Positions 56,964 through 64,000 of a DNA stretch of 64,000 nucleotides are shown here, piece after piece (position 1 is the stretch's first letter; every line of letters begins with the position of its first letter). Under the pieces are notes generated by a model that worked only from the letters and a program-made list of their open reading frames with translations, had not been told where the DNA came from and did not search any database. A program made the translations under genes and the position numbers. The stretch comes from Xenococcaceae cyanobacterium (GTDB lineage Bacteria; Cyanobacteriota; Cyanobacteriia; Cyanobacteriales; JBFRWF01): NCBI GenBank assembly GCA_051439465.1, contig JBFRWF010000101.1, forward strand, positions 12,448 to 76,447, read 5' to 3'.

Positions 56964-59900
56964 ATGATGAGTCGTAAATCGTTATGCCTGGAAGGAAATT
57001 GCATCGAGCTTAGCAAGATTGAGGCAGTCATTCGAGATCTTCCTTCAGTTAAGGACTGTACCGTATTGGTGAGGGAGACAGAAACCTCACAAAAGGAGCT
57101 AGTCGCCTATGTGGTATCGGCTGAACCGTTGACAATGGATCAGTTACAGTCCCATCTCCTGCAGGTTTTACCAACCGCTTTTCTACCCAGTGCTTATGTT
57201 CCTATCTCTAGCATTCCCCTCACATCTGATGGTCTAGTAGATAAACAGGCGCTTACTCGTCTACCCGTAATGGACGAGACACTGAGACAGCAATGGAAAA
57301 AGACATTACACTCACTCCCTAATCTTGAGGAGGTGAAAGTTGTCATTCAAGAAAAGAACGAGCGGCAATTGCCATTACATCTATCGGAGTTGCTACCAGA
57401 GTGGAACGGGAATCAGAAGACAGTTAGTGAACAGACTAACGTAACTACTCCTGTTTCTTCTGCAATGGCGTTTACCCATACTGAACCTCAGAAGCTGGCG
57501 CTCAGTGATGGGGGTCCTTTGGTGATTGAAGAAGATGCTCCCAAAACCCTAACGGATGCCTTAATCCAAACAGTACGCCGCTATCAGGATAAAGGCATTA
57601 TTTATATTCAACCGGATGGCTCAGAAATCTTTCAAACCTATGGGGAACTGTTATCAGAAGCCAAATGTATCTTAACTGGCTTATCTCAAATGGGCTTAAA
57701 ACCCAATGACAAAGCCATTTTACAGATAGAAAACCTTAGAGATTATTTTCCGACGTTTTGGGCCTGTCTGTTGGGGGGGATTACTCCCGTAACGGTAGCG
57801 GTTGCTCCTTCTTCTGACGCAACTAACGGTGTCGTTAATAAGTTATTCAATACCTGGAAATTGCTCAATCATCCACCGATTTTAGCTAGTGACACCCTAA
57901 TCGACTCCCTTTCGGGGCTTAAGTATTGTCTGCCAATGGAAGATCTGACGGTTTTGTCAGTCAGTCAACTCCGCAACCATCCTCCCACCGCTCAAATCCA
58001 TCCCAGCCATCCCCAGGAGGTTGTCTTCTTTCAACTGACTTCAGGCAGTACGGGACTGTCTAAGTGTATCCAGGAAACCCATCACGGCATTATTTGCCAT
58101 ATTCATAGCTCAAAACAATTTAACGGTTATCAATCCGATGATATTTCCCTCAACTGGCTTCCCGTCGATCATGTTGTCCCTATTCTGACCTATCACCTAA
58201 AGGATGTCTATCTCGGCTGTCAGCAAGTACAAGTTCCCACCCACCTCATTTTAGGCGCTCCCTTAAAATGGTTAGATTTCCTCGAAAAATACCGAGTTAC
58301 CCACAGTTGGTCCCCTAACTTCGGCTTTAAATTAGTCAGCAATCACCTTGCCAAAACCCCCAACCGTACCTGGGATCTGTCTTCCCTCAAGTTCTTAATG
58401 AATGCAGGGGAGCAGGTGACGTTACCCGTTGTCCGTGGATTCCTAGAGTTAGTTGCCCCCTTCAAGTTGGCTTCCCAGGTGATGCAGCCTGCGTTTGGCA
58501 TGGCTGAGGTGTGTACCTGCATGACGTATCAGAATCACTTTGGCATTGGAACAGGAGTTCACTGTTTCAAAAAGGATTCCTTAAATGGGAAGTTGCACAT
58601 AGCAGACGAGGAGGATACCCAAACGGCGACGTTTGTTGACCTGGGTTCACCCGTACCAGGGGTTCAGATCCGCATTGTGGACAACAACAACCAACTGCTT
58701 CCAGAGGGCGTGATTGGTCGTTTGCAAATCAAAGGAGACGTCGTCACCCCTGGTTATTTCAACAATGACACTGCTAACCAAGCCGCATTTGTAGGGGATG
58801 GCTGGTTTGATACGGGAGACTTAGGCTTTATTCTAAATGGTCGTCTCACCCTGACAGGTCGAGAGAAAGAATTAATTATTATTCATGGCGCGAACTACTA
58901 TTGCTATGAAATTGAGGATCAGATCTGTGAAATCGAGGGCATAGAACCCACCTATGTAGCTGCCTGTGGGATAGATAATCCTGAAACGGGGACAGAGGCA
59001 TTGGCGATTTTCTTTACGCCACAGGTTGAAGGAATAGAAGCCAATATCCCCCCGATTCAAACCATACGGACGAAAGTGACCGCTAACTTAGGGATTAATC
59101 CAACTTACGTGATTCCCGTAGCTAAGTCAGCATTCCCTAAAACCACCAGTGGCAAGATCCAACGGTCAAAACTGAAACAGTTGCTGGCAGAGGGTTACTT
59201 TGCAGATGTCCTCAAAACGATCGATCGCTATCTTGAAAATGCCAATACTCTCCCCGACTGGTTCTACCGCCCCATCTGGCGACGGAAGGAAGTTATCCCC
59301 AGTGTTGACCCTATCCCGACAGGCGGTTATCTGGTGTTTCTGGATCGCTCAGGATTAGGGAATTGTTTGGGAGCGCAACTTAAACAATTGAACCAATCCT
59401 GGATTGGAGTTGAGTCGGGAGCAGAGTTTGTCAAGCTCTCAGCGAATCGTTATCAGATCAACCCATCCAATCCCGATCACTATCGACAACTGTGGCAGTC
59501 CCTCGCCGATGAGGGGATAACCATCAATCAGATTCTCCATTTGTGGACCTATGACGAACAGGGAGAAATTGTTAGTCTGGATGCACTAGAACAAGCTCAG
59601 GAATTCGGCATTTATAGTCTCCTGTTTTTGGTTCAGGCACTGGCGCAGGCACAGGATAGGAACTGCGATCGCCTGAATTTGCTGGTTGTCTCCCGTTACG
59701 TCCAGGCACTTCACCCTGAAGATGACATTGCCTATGAGAAAACGCCGATTCTGGGCTTGTGTCAAGTCATTTCTCAGGAAATGCACTGGTTACACTGTCG
59801 TCACGTTGATTTAGCCACAGAATCCGTTGAGCTTAATACTACTTATTTATTCCAAGAGCTAAGGACGGTTAACGGAAAGCATAAGGTTGCCTATCGCCAA

Positions 59901-61271
59901 GGACAACGTTTCATTCCCCGGCTGGAAAAGGTTGACTGGCAGCAGGAAACCAAGCAGGAACTCCCCTTTAGACGTGGCGGCATTTATCTGCTCAGTGGTG
60001 GACTTGGAGGTATTGGTGTTGAGATTGCCAAGTACCTGCTACAGGATTATGACGGTCGGCTCATACTCATTGGCAGAACGGTTCTTCCTGCAAGAAGTGA
60101 GTGGGATGTTCATCTGAAGCAGTCAGATAGCATGGCTGAACGCCTCAAGGCTTATCTGGAATTAGAACAGTTGGGAGGAGACATCCACTATGAAGCGGTT
60201 GATACTTGCGATCGCGCTCAGCTACAGCTCATTGTTGAACAGGCGCAGTCTCGCTGGCAAGGTACCCTCGAGGGGGTGATTCATCTGGCTGGCTTGTTTC
60301 AAGAGCGTTTACTCAAGGATGAACGTCGAGAGAGTTTTGCGGCTCAGTTGCGGGCAAAGGTGTTGGGAACTTGGGTGTTACATAAACTGCTCAAAGACAA
60401 CCCTCAAGGGATTTTCATCACCTTTTCCTCAGTCGTCAACGGGATGTTTGGGGGAGCAATGTCAGGGGCTTATGCCGCCGCTAACAGCTTCTTGGATGGG
60501 TTCTCCCACTATCAGCGTTCTCACCTGGGTTTACAGAGCTACTGCTTTAACTGGAGTATGTGGGATAAGGTGGGCATGAACCGCGACTACCCCATGAAAG
60601 ACCTCTTTTATGGGCGTGGTTTCCAGCCTATCACCGTTGAGCAGGGATTACAGTCTCTATTGGTGGGTTTGTCCCATCTTCAGCCCCATCTGGTAGTCGG
60701 CTTGGCGGGTGAAAATCCTCAGATTCGCCCCTATCTCGAAATTCCCTCAACGGGTGTACAGCAATTAGTGGCTTATAGTTCGCCCCAATTGCCACCCTTG
60801 GAGCAGTTACAGAATTTGACAGTATTGGATCGCTTTGGTACCCCCAGCACCTGTGAGGTTTTACCGATGGCAGCTATGCCACAAACCCCAACAGGGGACC
60901 GCAAGCATCCGGCATCCCAATCCCCAACTACCCCACGTTCTGAAGCCGAACGGCAGATCGCGCAGATTTGGCAGGAAGTTTTAGGCATTCCCCAGGTGGG
61001 TATTGATGACAATTTCTTTGCCCTTGGCGGGAGTTCCTTACCCCTGATTCAAATTCATACTCGCTTACAAACCCTCTTTGGGCATGAAATCTCCATTGTA
61101 GATCTGTTCAAATATCCTACCATTCATAGGTTTGCTCAACACTTAAATCAAGCTGACAGCTCTGTTAAAGACACTCAGCCTCCTCCAAAACTGACTCAAA
61201 TACTGAACATCCGTAAAGCATCCATCCAACGACAAAGACAACGCAGACAAAAGATAAGACCTCTTGCATAG
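56964..61271 (+). CDS. NRPS-like starter module: A-subdomain-like segment, adenylation, ketoreductase, carrier protein (A-KR-T)
   Basis: LTSGSTG, WLPVDHVVP, AFGMAE, WFDTGDLG, KTTSGK; KR LSGGLGGIG, YAAAN; carrier NFFALGGSSL; basic C-terminal docking tail. Confidence 0.88.
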   Translation: MMSRKSLCLEGNCIELSKIEAVIRDLPSVKDCTVLVRETETSQKELVAYVVSAEPLTMDQLQSHLLQVLPTAFLPSAYVPISSIPLTSDGLVDKQALTRLPVMDETLRQQWKKTLHSLPNLEEVKVVIQEKNERQLPLHLSELLPEWNGNQKTVSEQTNVTTPVSSAMAFTHTEPQKLALSDGGPLVIEEDAPKTLTDALIQTVRRYQDKGIIYIQPDGSEIFQTYGELLSEAKCILTGLSQMGLKPNDKAILQIENLRDYFPTFWACLLGGITPVTVAVAPSSDATNGVVNKLFNTWKLLNHPPILASDTLIDSLSGLKYCLPMEDLTVLSVSQLRNHPPTAQIHPSHPQEVVFFQLTSGSTGLSKCIQETHHGIICHIHSSKQFNGYQSDDISLNWLPVDHVVPILTYHLKDVYLGCQQVQVPTHLILGAPLKWLDFLEKYRVTHSWSPNFGFKLVSNHLAKTPNRTWDLSSLKFLMNAGEQVTLPVVRGFLELVAPFKLASQVMQPAFGMAEVCTCMTYQNHFGIGTGVHCFKKDSLNGKLHIADEEDTQTATFVDLGSPVPGVQIRIVDNNNQLLPEGVIGRLQIKGDVVTPGYFNNDTANQAAFVGDGWFDTGDLGFILNGRLTLTGREKELIIIHGANYYCYEIEDQICEIEGIEPTYVAACGIDNPETGTEALAIFFTPQVEGIEANIPPIQTIRTKVTANLGINPTYVIPVAKSAFPKTTSGKIQRSKLKQLLAEGYFADVLKTIDRYLENANTLPDWFYRPIWRRKEVIPSVDPIPTGGYLVFLDRSGLGNCLGAQLKQLNQSWIGVESGAEFVKLSANRYQINPSNPDHYRQLWQSLADEGITINQILHLWTYDEQGEIVSLDALEQAQEFGIYSLLFLVQALAQAQDRNCDRLNLLVVSRYVQALHPEDDIAYEKTPILGLCQVISQEMHWLHCRHVDLATESVELNTTYLFQELRTVNGKHKVAYRQGQRFIPRLEKVDWQQETKQELPFRRGGIYLLSGGLGGIGVEIAKYLLQDYDGRLILIGRTVLPARSEWDVHLKQSDSMAERLKAYLELEQLGGDIHYEAVDTCDRAQLQLIVEQAQSRWQGTLEGVIHLAGLFQERLLKDERRESFAAQLRAKVLGTWVLHKLLKDNPQGIFITFSSVVNGMFGGAMSGAYAAANSFLDGFSHYQRSHLGLQSYCFNWSMWDKVGMNRDYPMKDLFYGRGFQPITVEQGLQSLLVGLSHLQPHLVVGLAGENPQIRPYLEIPSTGVQQLVAYSSPQLPPLEQLQNLTVLDRFGTPSTCEVLPMAAMPQTPTGDRKHPASQSPTTPRSEAERQIAQIWQEVLGIPQVGIDDNFFALGGSSLPLIQIHTRLQTLFGHEISIVDLFKYPTIHRFAQHLNQADSSVKDTQPPPKLTQILNIRKASIQRQRQRRQKIRPLA

Positions 61272-61272
61272 A

Positions 61273-61735
61273 ACAGGGAACAGGGAACGGGGAACGTGAC
61301 GAGAGCAGGGACTCGCTAGACTTCGTCGCTGCTCCGCAGAGCGCTCAAAGGCAAAAGGCAAAAGGCAAAAGGCAAAAGTAGGGAGCAGGGGGAGCTCCCG
61401 GGAGCAGGGGCTCTTTGGGAAACGACTCATTTAGGACTGCTATATTCCCTATTCCTCATTCCCCATTACCTATTCACTATTCCCTATTCCCTATTCCCTA
61501 TTTCCTCTTCCCTATTCCCTATTCTCCATTGCCTATTCCCCATTACCTATTCCCTATTTCCTCTTCCCTGTTGCCTGTTGCCTGTTGCCTGTTGCCTGTT
61601 GCCTATTTCCTCTTCCCTGTTGCCTGTTGCCTGTTGCCTGTTGCCTATTTCCTCTTCCCTGTTGCCTGTTGCCTGTTGCCTGTTGCCTAATTCCCTGTTC
61701 CCTGTTCCCTGTTCCCTGTTCCCTATTCCACCAGT
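61273..61735. repeat. Block of mixed heptamer short tandem repeats (CAGGGAA, CAAAAGG, CTATTCC, CCTGTTG)
   Basis: Directly visible runs filling the intergenic gap between the two synthase genes. Confidence 0.9.
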
Positions 61736-61746
61736 GAGGTGTCCCG

Positions 61747-64000
61747 ATGACTCAATCGCAAGCAGTAAAGGCAATGAATGAATTAGAAAATGATTTAGCC
61801 ATCGCCATTGTTGGTATGTCCGGTCGTTTTCCAGGTGCTAAGAATCTCGAGCAGTTCTGGCACAATCTGCGAGACGGTGTGGAATCCATTTCCTGGTTCT
61901 CAGACGAAGAACTCAAGTCTGAAGGGATAGACTCTGAGTTATTGGATAACCCTAACTATGTCAAAGCCAGTGGCATTTTATCTGATGTCGATCAGTTCGA
62001 TGGGTCGTTCTTCGGGTTTAGTCCCAAAGAAGCAGCAATGCTCGATCCCCAACACCGCTTATTTCTAGAGTGTGCTTGGGAGTCTTTAGAAAATGCAGGT
62101 TACGATCCGGACACCTATCAAGGGTCGATTGGGGTGTTTGCCGGGGCAGGAATGACCCTCTATGCTGGGGCTGGCATGACCGATTATTTTCTCCACAATC
62201 TCTATCCCAACCGCGATTGCATGGCTTCATGGGACGGTTTCCAAGCGAAACTAGCAAATCATCAAGAATTCCTTCCCACCCGTGTTTCTTACAAACTGAA
62301 CCTCACCGGACCGAGTATCAATGTTCAAACCGCCTGTTCCACTTCATTGGTTGCCGTTCACTTAGCGTGTCAGAGCTTGCTCAATGGGGAATGCAACATG
62401 GCTTTGGCGGGGGCGGTTTCTGTCCATCTTCCCCAAAAGGCGGGTTATCTTTATCAAGACGGGATGATTCTCTCCCCCGATGGTCACTGCCGGGCATTTG
62501 ATGCTCAAGCCCAGGGAACAATTGGGGGCAACGGTGTCGGTGTTGTGGTCTTAAAACGTCTGGCGGATGCGATCGCCGATGGAGATCTTATCCATGCCGT
62601 TATCAGGGGCTCAGCCATCAATAACGATGGCTCAGGGAAAGGAAGCTACACCGCTCCTAGTGTGGATGGTCAAGCAGAAGTGATTGCGATGGCTCAAGCT
62701 GTGGCTGGTGTGGATGCGGAAACCATTACCTATGTGGAAACCCATGGCACTGGAACGTTATTAGGGGATCCCATTGAAATCGCTGGACTGACCCAAGCAT
62801 TTCGTACCAGCACCCAGAAAACGGGCTTCTGTGCCATTGGTTCGGTAAAAACCAACATCGGACATTTAGATACCGCAGCAGGGATGGCAGGCTTAATTAA
62901 GATGTCTTGGCACTCAAACACAAAATACTACCGCCTAGCCTCCATTTTCAACAGCCCAATCCTAAGATTGATTTTGCTAACAGTCCCTTTTATGTCAATC
63001 AGCAGTTGTCTGAATGGAAAACTAACGGAACACCTCGACGAGCTGGGGTCAGTTCCTTTGGGGTTGGCGGCACGAATGCCCATGTCTTGTTAGAAGAGTG
63101 GGTGCAACCCGATCGAAACAGTCGAAATACGAAGCCGCAGGAAACAGAGCAGCAGCTTTTACTTCTCTCTGCCAAAACTCCATCTGCGTTAGAAAAAGCA
63201 ACCGTTAACCTAGCTAACCATCTCAAACAGCATCCCGAACTCAACTTGGCAGATGTAGCATATACCCTCAGCGTCAGGCGTAAAGGGTTCAAGCATCGGC
63301 GGATGCTAGTCTGCTCGGAGCTGGCAGAAGGGATCGATGCCCTAAGGACCCTCGCGCCCAAACAGGTGTCAACCCAGACCACTGAAGCTAAGAACCCACC
63401 TGTCGTCTTTATGTTTTCCGGTCAGGGTTCCCAGTATGTGAATATGACACGAGAACTGTACCAGGTTGAGCCAATTTTCCGCAAGCAGGTCGATCGCTGT
63501 TGTGAATACCTGAAATCCCATTTGGGATTTGACTTAAAGGAGGTGCTGTATCCCAGTGACAATGGTATCGAAGTGGCAGCCGAGCAACTGAAACAGACAG
63601 CCATCACCCAGCCTGCTTTGTTTGCGATTGAATACGCCCTGGCGAAATTATTGATGGCGTGGGGCATTCGTCCAGTGGCAATGATCGGTCATAGCTTGGG
63701 TGAGTATGTCGCTGCAACTTTGGCGGGGGTTTTCTCCCTAGAAGATGCCTTATTCCTAGTGGTCGCCCGTAGTCAATTGATGCAGTCAATGCCTCCAGGG
63801 GTAATGCTGGCGGTTCCCTTATCTGAACAGGCTGTGCAACTCTTCCTCAATGAGTCACTGCAAGTCGCGGTAATCAACGGACCTTCCAACTGTGTCGTTT
63901 CGGGAACAATAGCAGCCATTGACGCATTAGAGCAACAGCTAATACAACAAGGCTTAGAGTGTCGCCGTCTGCATACTTCCCATGCCTTCCATTCCCAGAT
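61747..64000 (+). CDS. Type I PKS KS-AT (3'-partial) with a 1-bp frameshift near 62902
   Basis: KS TACSTSL, HGTGT, NIGHL; in the shifted frame VLALKHKILPPSLHF...SSFGVGGTNAH, AT GQGSQY, GHSLGE, HAFHS, open to the window end. Confidence 0.9.

Noticed and set aside
61415-61781. ORFs of 67-95 aa in the heptamer block (also 1064-1273, 2866-3117, 21171-21359)
   Set aside because: These are translations of tandem repeats or MITEs with low-complexity sequence.

Overview
Cyanobacterial chromosome segment, judged from frequent HIP1 GCGATCGC sites, chlG, petP, hypAB, class II fba, smc, rbp and typical short tandem repeats. Core genes alternate with accessory blocks. (i) A 5'-partial protein at the left edge whose strand/helix order resembles a catalytically dead PIWI/RNase H domain. 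(ii) A 7.2-kb minus-strand small-molecule enzyme cassette between chlG and hypAB, bounded by 17-bp direct repeats and containing decayed paralogues. (iii) A toxin-antitoxin/REP graveyard followed by a truncated NACHT-HEAT gene abutting a Nal1-type trypsin-like protease operon and an internally deleted tnpB element. (iv) An island after smc/PRC-barrel with a HEAT-2TM-IPT protein, AbrB-Doc, an operon of two clan-CD proteases (TPR-CHAT plus C25/gingipain-like), a nonsense-broken FimB/E-like recombinase and an N-truncated NB-ARC-WD40. (v) A kinase-AAA-GAF-AAA_35 protein and a convergent HTH-AAA_35 protein. (vi) The start of a biosynthetic cluster that opens with a 47-aa double-glycine leader peptide gene, followed by a type II thioesterase carrying the same N-terminus, an alpha-keto-acid-type A-KR-T starter and a frameshifted KS-AT running off the window. 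Several MITE families with target-site duplications are visible. No rRNA, tRNA or CRISPR array was recognised. All family calls come from motif recognition by eye, not database searches.
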